From positions 148,492,001 through 148,556,000 of the forward strand of contig NC_086097.1 in assembly GCF_963921235.1 (NCBI RefSeq): a stretch of 64,000 nucleotides of DNA, written 5' to 3'. Positions within the stretch are counted from its first letter, which is position 1. Each line of letters opens with the position of its first letter. Both the position numbers and the translations under genes were made by a program. This document shows positions 1 through 12,529 of this stretch, piece after piece. Under the pieces are notes generated by a model, which was not told the origin of the DNA, did not search any database, and saw nothing but the letters and a program-made list of their open reading frames with translations. The DNA is from Mobula hypostoma (lineage: Eukaryota).

Positions 1-1075
1 GTTATGTGTGGTTGGAATGGACATATCAATTAGGTAAGTTGTTCTTGCTTGTTGTTTGTGTGGGCATGTGGCCAGGTGGTTAAGGCATTAGACTAGTGAC
101 CTGAAGGTTGTGAGTTCAAGCCCCAGCTGAGGGAACGTGTTGTGTCCTTGAGCAAGGCATTTAATCACACATTGCCCTGCAACGACACTGGTGCCAAACT
201 GTATGGGTCCTAATGCCCTTCCCTTGGACAACATTGGTGTCGTGGAGAGGGGAGACTTGCAGCATGGGCAACTGCTGGTCATCCATACAACCTTGCCCAG
301 GCCTGTGCCCTGGAGAGTGAAGACTTTCCAGGTGCAGATCCATGGTCTCGCAAGACTAACGGATGCCTTTATTTATTACTTATTTATTTTCTTGCTTGTT
401 TATCCTGTATCATTATATCCGGATGGTAATTATGGATTGTCCAATCTGTAATAATGGATCAGTCATATTGTAATTTGTGGGACTCTGACTCCAAAACTGG
501 ATCAGAGTTGTATTTATTGCAAGGTATGGAGTATTTTATGAGTCTGTATTTTAAAGCAAGATTTTGCTAAATGATGTTTGCTATTTGATTGTGTCTGTGT
601 AAGTAATCGACAGAGTTAAATAGTTTCAGGACCCTGTAATGTGTTGGATTGTTCCTGTTTTCTCTTGGTATTTTCTGCATTTATCATCTTGAATTTGCTG
701 GTCATTTATAATGCATTGCCACAAGGAACCCCTCTGTTTCTGCGGAGAGGTCTCCAGCTCTGAACCAGAAGTTTAACACTTCCTTGTCGACATCTAGTCT
801 GCTCAGATCATGGGGATATCTTCCACGGAGGGTCATGCTCTTCCAATGGTTAACTTTTCCCTCAATAGTGATAATGTCTTAATTTTTCTGGGTTGTGCTC
901 TCATTTAAGTTTAGTGGTGTGTACTTCTTATCAGAATTGCATATGCCTGCATGGAGTGCTGAATTCTGTTTTCATTGATGTAAGAAGTTTTATCTGACTG
1001 TTGTTCAAATTTTTATGTCAATTATTCCTCTTCCTCCTTCTAAGCGTTAATCTAACCATGTTTGAGTGTACATAG
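1..1075 (-). mobile_element. R4/Dong-type non-LTR retrotransposon fragment (post-RT region, CCHC, start of RLE), split by the SINE
   Basis: Minus strand gives degenerate ETEGFLVA, DDKCRK, YLHRHNQIANII and PDIMIQDKQ motifs, with stops and frameshifts. Confidence 0.75.
54..388 (+). mobile_element. tRNA-derived SINE inserted into an R4-type LINE fragment
   Basis: A-box-like TGGCCAGGTGG, B-box-like GTTCAAGCC, CORE-like GTGTCCTTGAGCAAGGCATTTAA and a (TTTA)n tail. 12-bp TSD TTCTTGCTTGTT at 42-53 and 389-400. Confidence 0.8.
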
Positions 1076-1138
1076 TGTTTCTAAAAATTGACATTTCAGT
1101 TCTTATTTTTCTTATTATTGTTATTTCTATTTTTATTT

Positions 1139-1707
1139 TTTCTCATCTCGAGCTGCTAAAAGCTGAGGTATAGGCATAGCGACGCACTTTCATTTCTCAA
1201 TTGTTAAGAACTTTCGGACTGTTCTAGTGGTGTTTAGTATTGTGGCTTTCTGGAGATTTACATAGATATTACTGTGTAGTCCTAATTGTTTAATGCTATT
1301 GTGTAGTGCCTTTGGTATGACACCAGTTGTAGATATTACCATTGGGACAATGTATACCTTGTTCATGTTCCAAAGTTCTTCAATTTTCTCATTTAATTCA
1401 GTATATTTCTGTTTCTTTTTTCTCTTATTGATATGTGTGTTTGGAATGGCTGTATCTATTAAGTAAGTTGTTCATGTTTGTTTATGCTGTATTATTATAT
1501 CCAGTTAGATATTATGGATTCCCATATCTGGAATAACATATCGGTCGTAATATGATTTGTGGGATTCTGACTTTAACACTGGATCAAGGCTTGTGTTTAT
1601 AGTAAGGTATGATTTCTTTTATGAGTTTGTATTTTAGAGCAAGATTTTGGTGAATGATGCTTGCCAATTGATTGTGTCTGTGTAACTAATCAGATTATGT
1701 TAAACTG
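1139..1707 (-). mobile_element. R4/Dong-type LINE 3' end (restriction-like endonuclease domain plus 3' UTR)
   Basis: Minus strand reads LHRHNQLASIIHQNLA..YLIDTAIPN..KYTEL..VISTTGVIPK..LQKATILNTTRTVRKFL, stop near 1190. Flanked by TAA-type repeats. Confidence 0.8.
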
Positions 1708-1737
1708 ATTATTATTATTATTATTATTATTATTATT
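1708..1737. repeat. (ATT)10 microsatellite
   Basis: Perfect ATT repeat abutting the R4 fragment. Confidence 0.95.
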
Positions 1738-1949
1738 GAAGTTTATTGGGGTTCTGGAGCTAATGTAGGTGAACTGAGTCCTGATAGCTATCAGAAGTGA
1801 AAAACCAATGGAGCACCTAGCTAAAGGGGCTGAACAACGTACCCAGGCCTTTACGTGCTTTTTTAAAGAACCAGAATTGCTTCTGGTAAATTTTCAGATT
1901 TAAACAAAAAGGAGCAGGGATGAAGTGAGAATCAAAAAAGGAATGGTCA

Positions 1950-2545
1950 AAACAAAATGCTCAAACATTTTTGAAATATGAACAAAAGGAATTGGGAGTT
2001 GACCCTCAAGCCAGATATATCATTTAATAAGGTCATGGGTGACCTGACTGTAACCTCAATTCCATAATTCAGTTCAGTCTCCTTGTTTATCAAATATCTA
2101 TCGCTCTTTACCTTAAAGTATTGCCTACACCACAAGGTTTTATCTTCTGCCTTTACATTCGATGAGGCCACTTAACAAATGACTTTTGGAAAACTAAGTA
2201 CATTCACAGGTTTACTCTTAATAGAGGAATTGTTACTTCTGCAGCAAACTCTAATAAATTAGTCAAACATACTTTTATTTTCACAAAACCATGTTGTCTT
2301 TGCTTAATTATCTTGAAATTTTTTCTAAGTGCCTTACTATAACACCTTCAATAATTAACCCAATATTTTCCCTATGACAGATGCTAGGATAATTGATCTG
2401 CAGTTTCTCTCTTTCTGTCTTCCTCCTTTTTTGATTAAAGGAGTTACATATGCCATTTTTCAATCGACAGAAACTTGGCCTAAATCCTAGGGACTTTAGA
2501 AAGGCAAGACCATCACCTTGACTATCTCACTAGCCATGCCTTCAA
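1950..2545 (-). mobile_element. Old CR1 LINE RT fragment
   Basis: Degenerate similarity to the younger CR1 RT segments in this window, including the DFQKAFDKV-like region near 2170-2200. Confidence 0.55.
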
Positions 2546-3827
2546 CACCCAACAACATGCAATTCCAGAAGAGATTCTTGCTTTAAATGGAGAAGGAAGC
2601 AGGATAATATTTTCATTTCATGTGTGTGGGTTTGATTAAAACCCAGTGGTGAAATACATTACAAAATTAATCTAAACCCATGTGGATTTGTGACCAGTAA
2701 CTATTTCATATCCCTTTACTCTTGAACAGTTTTCATGTAAAGTGAAAGTGAAACTTTAAAATGTAAAGTGTGAAATAGATTTATTGCAACTAGATTCTGC
2801 AGATGTTTGAAATCCAGAGGTTAATCCTTTCCATAAATGCTGCCTAAAATCAGGAATTAAGTGATTTGCTCCTCCACACCAGGAAAGCCTGAGCATATAC
2901 TGTACATTCAGAACAGTCTTCTTCTCCAAAGTTCACAGGAGAAGTTTGGTTTCTTTCTGGCCTACTTTAAGTGACTGTACCAATTGTGTCAATCATTCAG
3001 GAGAATTGTTGGAAAACAGGAAAAACATTTTCTATCCAAATCACAAATTCTGAAGCTCAACCTGCGTCTCATTGTTGGAACAGATTATTCTTTCTATCCT
3101 CCTCTTTCTCCTCCACCATGCAATAACTATTATGATGTTAAGGTCACATCACTCCTTGTTCCCTTAATAGATGTCATCAATGTGTGATACTCCTTTGGGG
3201 AAAGTGGAGGATAAAGAGGGAATTTCCTCTGGATTACCTCAGTCATTCCCAATCTACTGCAAAATTAAATAGTATTATTTAAATATAAGAAAGTCCTTTA
3301 TACCATTCACCACAAATCTCTAACAGAGTGACAGCCCCATCACAGTAATGATAGGAAATGGAGACCCTCCCCTCCCCCACATCGACTGCACTAATGCACA
3401 TTTATGTGCTAATTGATACTTTACCTTGTTTTTATGCCTCTCCATTGATCTGTTTGGACACATGATTCAGAGTTTATGAGCCTTTCAGAGAATATAATAT
3501 TAATTTGAGTCACAGCTTGCGTCGGTGACATTCTTCTATTGGTAAACAATTACAGCATCAACTGCACTTGGTACGGGTTTGATTTTATAAAATACTGCTG
3601 GGCAGTGAAATATTCAGCTCCTAGGGAAAGATACTGATCTTGGACAGGGGCACTATATGTGCAAAGAACTTCCGGCTCTGATAAAGTTATCCTCTCCTTT
3701 ACCACAACTCTTTCTTTGCTCAACATCTTTTGCCTTCACACAGAATATGGTTGCATGCACTCTGAATTATTGATGCAATACTCGTTGATAAGGTAAATCG
3801 TTTCCTGCTGCTTCCAACACCAGTTTG

Positions 3828-4122
3828 TGGTGGATTGGTGGTGGCATTCTTGTCTCTGCGTCAGAAAGCTGTGGGTTCGAGTCCCACTCCCGAGCTCTGA
3901 ATGCTGCACTTCAGCTGACACTCCAGACTAATAAGAAAGTTCTGCATTGCGGAAGGTATTGTTTTATTTTAGCTTAGATTTGAGCTCTCGAGTTGTTATT
4001 AAAATCCCAGGGCACTATTTTAAAGACTAAAGGAATTTTTCTTGCCGTCCTGGGCCAAAAGTTATCCAATGACCAGCATTTACAATTAGATTATCTGCTG
4101 ATTATTAAGCTGCTGTTTACAA
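3828..4122 (+). mobile_element. Ancient DeuSINE (SacSINE1-like) copy
   Basis: tRNA-like head with B box GGTTCGAGTCC, followed by GCTGACACTCCAG..AAAATCCCAGGGCACTATTT..GTCCTGG..AGATTATCTG, resembling the Deu domain as I recall it. Confidence 0.65.
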
Positions 4123-4419
4123 TGTTCCCGCTGGAAGGATTGTCCAGAGGCAACAGTCAGCACTGCCAGTTCACTGTTGAATGCAACATCTTCAGCATGG
4201 TGTCAGTTCTGGAGATATTAATATCAGTTCTAGTATCACCAGGACTTGAAGACCTGAGTTAGAGGGAAAGGTTGAACAGGTTAGGACTTTACTCCCAAGA
4301 ATGTAGAAGATTGAGGGGAGATTTGATAGAGGTATACAAAATTATGATGGTCTAGATAGAGTAAATGTAAGCAGGCTTATCCCACTGAGGTTGAGAGAGA
4401 ATACAACTAGAGATCATGG

Positions 4420-6030
4420 TGCAACCAGATAATCATTGAATATTAGTTTTTATTGGTAAAGTGCACTTATGTATTCATCCCGGTAATGCTAAAATAGCTG
4501 ATGGTGATGTCATTATGCATGTACGGAGTTACAATATTCTAGAAAGGATATTGAGTTCTGGTTGTATGATGAGGAAAGGTGAACAATATTTGATAATATC
4601 ATGTAAATTTGTTTATACCTGTTTGTATATCCCGAATATGGGTAATTTGACATTTTTTACATGGGGATGCTTTAGATTTTCGTGAGTAAGTTATCGGCGC
4701 TGGATAGCGTGTTTGTGTGAAGTTCCTTATTGGCCTAGTAGGTTAGTCTTTCTAGGAAATATATTGTAAAAGTTTTTGTGAAAGTTTATTTTTGTCTTAC
4801 TTTGTTTTTCATGACTGAATGTGAATGTAACAGAGTAATGTGAATGTGCTAACCTCTGTTCACATAGCGTGAGCAAGGAGAACTCATTTTGGGGTCTATT
4901 CTGTATGTGTTTAGAAGTTAAGCACACGTGTGCCAAAGTGAGTATACCTCTTACCATAGAAACCATAGAAACTACAGCACAGAAACAGGACTTTTGGCCC
5001 TTCTTGGCTGTGCTGAATCATTTTCTGCCTCGTCTCACTGACCTGCACACGGACCATATCCCTCCATACACCTCCCATCATGTATCTGTCCAATTTATTC
5101 TTAAATGTTAAAAAAGAACCCGCATTTACCACCTCATCTGGCAGCTCATTCCATACTCCCACCACTCTCTGTGTGAAGAAGCCCCCACTAATGTTCCCTT
5201 TAAACTTTTCCCCCCTCACCCTTAACCCATGTCCTCTGGTTTTTTTCTCTCCTTGCTTCAGTGGAAAAAGCCTGCTTGCATTCACTCTATCTATACCCAT
5301 CATAATTTTATATACCTCTATCAAATCTCCCCTCATTCTTCTACGCTCCAGGGAATAAAGTCCTAACCTATTCAACCTTTCTCTGTAACTGAGTTTCTCA
5401 AGTCCTGGCAACATCCTTGTAAACCTTCTCTGCACTCTTTCAACCTTATTTATATCCTTCCTGTAATTTGGTGACCAAAACTGAACACAATACTCCAGAT
5501 TCGGCCTCACCAATGCCTTATACAACCTCATCATAACATTCCAGCTCTTATACTCAATACTTTGATTAATAAAGGCCAATGTACCAAAAGCTCTCTTTAC
5601 GACCCTATCCACCTGTGACGCCACTTTTAAGGAATTTTGTATCTGTATTCCCAGATCCCTCTGTTCTACTGCACTCCTCAGTGCCTTACCATTAACCCTG
5701 TAACCCATTAACCCTTATTCATATTTTAGATGTTGTATATAAGATACAGGGTTGGTGAGATTCTAATATTGTTTGTACTGTTTTTTAGAAATGCCACTAC
5801 TGCATTGGTTTTGTATATTTTGTTTTATTTATTTTCATACTGTATATACATAACTAGTTGGGCTGAAATTAAGCTACGATTTTAACAGCAGGAATGGTAA
5901 TTTTTAAAATTTATTTTATTGATTTTATTTCAACACCCTCTTTCTGCATTGAACCATCTAAAGCAGATAAAGGAATTAAAGATCTGAAAAAGTATTTGTT
6001 GCCCTGAGTGTGTATTTTTCCCAGGCTACA
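4420..6030 (+). mobile_element. Probable solo LTR, itself interrupted by a young CR1
   Basis: Begins TG, ends GGCTACA, TATATAA near 5736, ATTAAA near 5975, then AAATTGGG (PBS-like start). Interrupts a CR1 fragment. No clean TSD. Confidence 0.5.
4954..5700 (-). mobile_element. Young 5'-truncated CR1 LINE (ORF2 C-terminus)
   Basis: ORF 4911-5708 has RDLGIQI, LYKALVRPNLEYCVQFWSP, ERVQRRFTRMLP, RGDLIEVYKIM and FFTQRVVGVWN. Tail is (GTTTCTATG)n. Confidence 0.92.
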
Positions 6031-6619
6031 AAATTGGGTTAAGGGTGGAAGGTGAAATGCTTAAGGGGAACATGAGGGGGAACTTCTTCACTCAGAAGGT
6101 AATGAGCATGTGGAATGAGCTGCCAGATGAAGTAGAGGGTGCAGGTTCAATTTCAAGATCTAAGAGAAATTTGGATAGGTACATGGATGGGATGGATATG
6201 GAGGGCCAGGTGCATGGTGCAGGTCAATGGTACCAGGCAGATTAATGGTTTGACATGGACTAGATGGGCCAAAGGGTCTGTTTCTGAGCTGTAGTTTTCT
6301 ATCACTCTTTGGCTTTACTCTTGTAGACTGATACCACGTGGAGTGCAAAGTTCCTATTAAATCTCTCTCTCTCTCTCTCTTGCTCTCATTTCCTTTTTAC
6401 TCTCTCTTTTCCTTCCATACTATTACTTCCTCTCATATTTACCCCCCTTCACTTCTTCTACTCCCTTATCTCCTCTCCCTCCCCTCCATCCCTCAGATTC
6501 TCAATATTATTTATTTACTTCTTTCTTTCTTCTTCTTTTGCACATTCGTTGATTGTCCGTCTTTGTGTGTAGTTTTTCATTCTATTGTATATCTTTGTTC
6601 TACTGTGAATCCTGCAAAA

Positions 6620-7867
6620 AATATAATTGCAAAGAAATCACAACAATGCCTGTACTTCCTCAGGAGTCGGCACGTCCTGAAAAACCTTGGCAAACATCTA
6701 TAGATGTGTGGTGGAAAGTGTGCTGACTGGCTGCTTTAAAGCCTGGTGTGGGAACAGCAAAGCCTTTGAGCAGAAAATCCTACAAAAGGTTGTGGATTTG
6801 GCTCAGTACATCATGAGTAAAACCACCCCCCCCCCCAAATATTGAAGCATATCTACATGAAATGTTTCATAGAAAAGCAGCATCCATCATTAAAGATCCT
6901 CACCACTCATACCGTGCTCTTTTCTCACTGCTGCCATGAGGTAGAAGGGTACAAGTGCCTCAGGACTTGCACCACCAGGTTCAAGAACAGTTACTACTCC
7001 TCAACAAAAGGCTCTTGAACAAAAGGGGATAATTACACTTGTTTAAGGACTCTTTTATCTTGTTATTTCATGCTATTTATTTATTGCTGTTTATTTATAT
7101 CTGCATTTGCAGTTTGAGGTCCATTGATCCTGTTTACAGTTACTGTTCTACAGATTTGCAAAGTATGCCTGCAGAAAAAGAACCTCAGGGTTGTATATGG
7201 TGACATATATGTACTCTGATAATAAATTTTATTTTGAACTTTGAAAATGAAGCTCAGGGTAGTATATGGTGACATAGATTCAGTGACCACTTTATTAGGT
7301 ACCAAATAAAGTGGCCACCGTGTGGATGTTCATGCTCTTCAGTTGCAGTGGCAAGGTTTAACTTCAAGGTTTGACATGTTGTGCATTCAGAGATGCTCTT
7401 CTGCACACCGCTGTTGTAACGTGTCATTATCTGAGCCACTGTCATGTTCCTGTCAGCTCCAGTGCCATATTTAAGTTTACTGACAACACCACTGTCAACG
7501 ATGGTAACAAATCAGCATATAGGACAAAGATTGAAAATCTGGCTGAGGTGCCATAACAACAATCTCTCATTCAGTGTTAGCAAGACCAAGGAGATGATTA
7601 TTGACTTCAGGAGGAGGAAATTGGAGTTCCATGAGCCAGTCCTCATCAGGGGGTCAGAGGTGGAGAGGGGCAGCAACTTTAAATTCGTTGGTGTTATCAT
7701 TTCAGTGGACCTTTTCTGGTCCACCATGCAAGTGCCGTTTCGAAGAAAGCACAGCAGTGCTTCTCCTTTCTTAAAAGTTTGCGAAGATCCAGAATGTCAT
7801 CTAAAACTTTGACAAACTTCTATAGATGTGTGGTAGAGGGTATATTGACTGGTTGTATCACAGCCTG
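6620..7867 (+). mobile_element. Rex1/Babar-type LINE fragments (6620-7250 and 7455-7867), separated by a Tc1-derived fragment at about 7279-7455
   Basis: KKSQQCLYFLR, YRCVVESVLTGC, KFTDNTTV, SKTKEMIIDFRR and FKFVGVIIS motifs; tail GATAATAAA(TTTGAAC)n. Confidence 0.75.
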
Positions 7868-9273
7868 CAATTGCAAGAAAAAGTTTGTGAACCCTTTGCA
7901 ACTACCCGGTCTTCTGCATTAATTACATAAAATGTGGTCTAATCTTTATTTAATTCACAATAATAAACAAACACAATCTACTTGAACTAATAACACCCAA
8001 GTAATTTTACTTCTTCTCATCAATACTGAGTACATCACAGTCTGGGTTCAAAAAAGTATGTGAACCTCTGGGGTAATGCCATTTACAAAAGCTATTTGGA
8101 GTCAGGTGTTCCAGTCAATGAGATGAGATTGGAGGTGTGGGTTGTAGAGGCACCCTGCCCTATATAAAAAAAAGACATACAAAGTCAGGTTACTGACAGC
8201 CTGCTCTTCTCAAGAAAGATTTGTTTATGTGCACCATGTCTCAATCAAAACAACCTTCAGAAGACCTTAGAAGAAGAATTGTGGAGATGCATGAAGCTGG
8301 AAAAGGCTACAAAAGCATTTTTAAAGACCTGAGTGTTTGTCAGTCCACAGCAAGATAAATTGTCTACAAATGGAGGAAATTCAGTACTGTTGCTACTCTC
8401 CCTAGGAGTGGGCACCAAGACCACAACGTGCAATGCTGAAGGAAGTGAAGAAGAATCCAAGGGCTTGGAGAGATCTCTAGAACTTGTTAAAGTCTCTGTT
8501 CATGTGTCCACTAGAAGAAAAACACTAATCATGAATGGTGCCCATGGAAGGACACCGCTGCTCTCCAAAGAAAATATTGCTGCACATTTCAAGTTTGCAA
8601 AAGACCACCTGGATGTCCCATAATGCTTCAGGGACAATGCTCTGTGGACAGAAGAAACAAAAGTTGAACCTTTTGGCAGAAATGCAATCTGCTATGTTCG
8701 GAGGAAAAAGGGCACTGCACACCAACACCAACACCAACACCAAAACCTCATCCCACCTGTGAAGCATGGTGGAAGAAGCATCATGGTCTGAGCTGCTTTC
8801 CTGTGTCAGAGCCTGGACAGCTTGCAGTCATTGAGGGAACAATGAATCCAAAATTGTATCAAGGCACTTTACAGGAGAATGTCAGGGTAGCAATCCATCA
8901 CCGGAAGCTTAATAGAAATTGGATGATGCAACAAGATAATGATCCAAAGCACAAGAGTAAATCAACAACAGAATAGTTTAAAAAGAAGAAAATTCATATT
9001 TTGCAATGAAGAGGGCTGTTCATGCAAGGTATCCCAGAAATATTGAACTAAAACAGTTCTGTATGGAGAAATGGTTTAAAGTTCCTCCTCACTGTTGTGC
9101 AAGTCTGATCAGCAGCTACAGGAAACGTTTGGTGGAGGTTATTGCTGCTAAAGGAGGTTCTACCAGTTATTAAATACAAGGGTTCACATACTTTTTCCAG
9201 CCTGGACTGTGAATGATTAAGCAATGTGTTCAATAACAACATGAAAAGTACAATTGTTTGTGTGTTATTAGTT
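7868..9273 (+). mobile_element. Tc1 DNA transposon with long IR/DR-type ends; decayed transposase about 8236-9173; right end truncated
   Basis: AAAAAGT(T/A)TGTGAACC direct repeats near 7878 and 8052, inverted copy near 9181. Protein MSQSKQPSEDLRRRIVEMHEAGKGYKSI, LWTEETK, VKHGGRSIMV, QQDNDPKH, with many stops and frameshifts. Confidence 0.9.
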
Positions 9274-9435
9274 GAGATTTCGTCATGTTTGCGCTTTCAT
9301 TGATTCCATTGTTTTTCTTGTATTTACCTAGGCCTCATTATGTCTGCTCCTTATCAGCTTTTAGATAATATTCTACCTCCCTGTTTATGCCACTAAAGAG
9401 GAGAACTTCACATTTATCTACTCTGTATATCATCT

Positions 9436-10117
9436 CAGACATCCCACCCTGCAAAAACTCATTTCAGGGAGGTAGCACCATCAATTTGCAGGAGACTCCC
9501 AGAACTTCTGGGAGAGGTGGCATGTCTGCAATGGAGTAGCTACTTAGCAGTAGCCAGCTAGTTTAAATAACGTTACCTATGCTAATAAACAAATGACACC
9601 TGTTAAACTCACCTCAACATGTCTTTTACTGTCTTATCCCACCATGGGCAATAGAAAAGTCACTGTTGCAAACAGTGCAGCGAGCAACACTGTCATTATT
9701 TTTGACCCCTGTTAGGCAGGGGTACACTTTAGTGTAGTCTGGGGTGACGTACGTTTTATATTTTCTTTTTTTGGAACACTCTGCCATTCTGACTTTTTTT
9801 GGAACTCTCTCACTCTTGCTCTTGCTCTCGTGCGCTCTCTTGCTCATGGTCACTCTCACTCGTGCTCGTTTTCTCGTGCTTGCTTTCTCGCTCTAGCTCT
9901 CTCTCTCACGTGCACGCTCTCCCTCGTGGTCGCTCTCACTCGTGGTCACTCACTCACACTTGTTTTCTTGCTCTTGCGCTCACTCTCTCGCGCACTCTCT
10001 CACGCTCACTCTCAAAAAAATCAATTTCCGGGACATTGTATATAATTTGCGGGCATCAGGGAGCCACTATTAATTTGCGGGAGACTCCTGGAATTTCCGG
10101 GAGAGGTGGGATGTCTG
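9436..10117 (-). mobile_element. Non-autonomous hAT-like element retaining the BED zinc-finger exon
   Basis: 13-bp TIR CAGACATCCCACC/GGTGGGATGTCTG. Flanks TCATCT and TCATTT. ORF 9626-9859 contains CTVCNSDFSIAHGG. Confidence 0.75.
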
Positions 10118-11359
10118 TCATTTCACACTTGGTCAACCTGTCCAAATAACCTTGACACTTCTCTGCATTCTGCTGACTGCTCACCCTCACACCCAGCTTC
10201 ATGTCATCCACATTCTGAAAAAAAAGAGCTGCGGTTGTAGGACTGAAGACTGTAGTAACTCAAATGTTACTGCCTGCCACTCAGAAAATGATCTATTTAT
10301 TCATACTCTTTGTTTCTTGTCAGCCAAGCAGTATGCATTCTGTGTCAATACATTACATCCAATTCCAATGTTTTAATCTTGCCCACCAAAATTTCATGGG
10401 GGACTTTATCAAAAGCTTCCTAATGCCCAAAAGTAATACATTCAGTGGTTCTACCACCATTTGTTCTACTATACATAAAAAATTTCAATGAATTTGTCAA
10501 TCATAATTTCCTTAGTAAAGCCATGTTGAATTTGACAAATCCTATCATTGATTTCCAAATGCTTTTTATCCACTCCAAGTCTAAAATTCCCTCTTTTGTT
10601 TTTTTTTTAAATTACGTGATTAAATTTTGTACCCTACAACCCACAGGAACTGATCCAGAGTTGGAAGTGACTCTGGAAGTGAAAATAACTATAGTATAAT
10701 AGTGCATCAACTATTTATAAGTCTGCTTCCTTAAGAACTCTGGGGATGGGCTCTGGGGATTTATTGGCCTTCACTCCATCAATTTCACCAACATTATTGA
10801 CAGCCATTTGCCTCCTTCCTGTCTCAGCTCTGCCCCCTACCCTAACTCCTCCCCATCACTTTTATTTCCCTCCTAATATTGAATGGGCACCTTTTGCAGA
10901 CAAAATCTTCAAAGGGAGAAATGAAGGCTGACTCTTTGGGTGTAGCCTATTGAACAAATCAGGAAGGATAATAGAAAAATACTGATTCACTGGTAAAGAT
11001 CAAATGGATCTATTGGGAATGCAGAAAAGGCAAGGGAGCAATAGGAATGCCTAAACCTTTGGAACAAGTCAGAGATCTTATTTATCTGAGGAGTTGAAGA
11101 ATCTCTGGGGAAAGACGGAAGGATCAGACTGGCAAATTGGAAGGTGCAGATCTCAGTCTAAAATTGAAACACCACAGGGGAGGAACTGGAGAGCTCATTA
11201 TTTTTAAATTTAAGAGTCTTGTGCATTAAAGTTTTATGTAGTAGCACGGAGAACATGGTTCAAAGGGGACAAACAGGGAGGAGAACGATTGTTTTATGCT
11301 ACTGATTCACAGAGGGCAACAGGACCAAAGAGGAGATACCTCTTTCACAACTGTAGCTT

Positions 11360-11640
11360 GCCACAATGCACCTCTCAACCAGTGAAGCACCTTTGAAGTG
11401 GTCCTAATAAAGGGAAATCTTCAACCTATTGCACAAAAATCAGAGGTAAATAAATGGTTCATTTGTTTTTTGTAAGTGGAGGCTGTTAAAGCTTAATTAT
11501 CTATCAGGAAAATGAGAGTCTGATGCTCTCCTGTTTTAAAATTACCATTGCATCTGCAACATCCATCTGAGGGCAGATTTTAATGTATTCTGTAACAGAG
11601 ATGTGTGTCAGCGTCTGTTGCAAGCGTTAGCTCAAACCTC
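11360..11640 (-). mobile_element. Highly decayed DeuSINE-like copy
   Basis: Reverse complement resembles the Deu-domain segments of the 3828 and 12950 copies. Confidence 0.4.
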
Positions 11641-12529
11641 AAGTTTGATTCATTATTTTCATATTCAGATCACCAGGAGACCAAAGAAAATGTAAGTACA
11701 CAGGTTGTTTTGGGGGGAATGTTATGCAGTGTAACAAAACTAGGAAAATACAGTATCTAACATCCACATTTGTAATGCCAATAGTTGGACTCGCTCCACA
11801 GCTCGTCCCTGCTCTCCCTTTCTTCACCATATCTGATGGCGGCTTCATTTAGTAGCTTGACCACCTTATATTTCCCATCAGCCACCTCTCAGATCACCAA
11901 CTCTACTTCCCTGCTTCTTGCCAGCTCTCATATCGCACACCTATTTAAAAACCTGACCTCCAACAGTTCACACATCCAGCTCTTTCACCCTTTCATCTCT
12001 GCCTCCTATTTTGTCACATGAGCTCCACCCTCTCCGAGCTCGCATTTCTATTTACTGGTTCTACAGGTACCACTGCTTAAATCCACCAAAACCCTCTTCC
12101 ATATCTTCCACCACCAAGATTTACAGCTCCTAAACAATCCACCATCCGAGGATTTTAACTTTCTGCTCTCAGCCCAGTTCTGTCCCCATAAAATGAGCAC
12201 AACCCACAACACAGACTTGTGTATACAGTTTTCTTCAGTTTTAATTTTCTTAGTAACCCATTGTAAGCATTAGAATTAGTAACTAATTCACTTACAAAAA
12301 CAATAGTGCAATTCATGTCCTAAGGCAATTTTACTCATTTTTATTCCCACATTTTCTCTCATTAACTGCCAAACCATCAAATAATTAATACAAGATTGGC
12401 CTTACTAGTGACAAAGCATGATTCGATTCTTTTAATGTCTTTCAAAAGCTGGTGGATACTGTCCACACCAAAGCGATGTACATTTTTTAAACTGATGTTC
12501 ATAGTTCTGTCAGTTCACAGGCTATAATC

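Larger units (their letters stand above)
4240..6310 (+). mobile_element. CR1 3' fragment split in two (4240-4419 and about 6036-6310) by an LTR-like insertion
   Basis: RLRGDLIEVYKIM..TRDHG stops at 4419 and resumes as LRVEGEMLKGNMRGNFFTQKV at about 6036, followed by the CR1 3' UTR. Confidence 0.8.

Noticed and set aside
62..135. Possible tRNA gene
   Set aside because: Only A/B boxes. It continues into a SINE body and tail with a TSD, and I cannot draw a convincing cloverleaf.
4911..5708. 265-aa ORF as a host gene
   Set aside because: It is the C-terminus of CR1 ORF2, 5'-truncated and running into the element tail.
5689..5716. Telomere-like TAACCC repeats
   Set aside because: Only three imperfect units at the CR1 5' junction, better explained as local re-copying of CCATTAACCCT.
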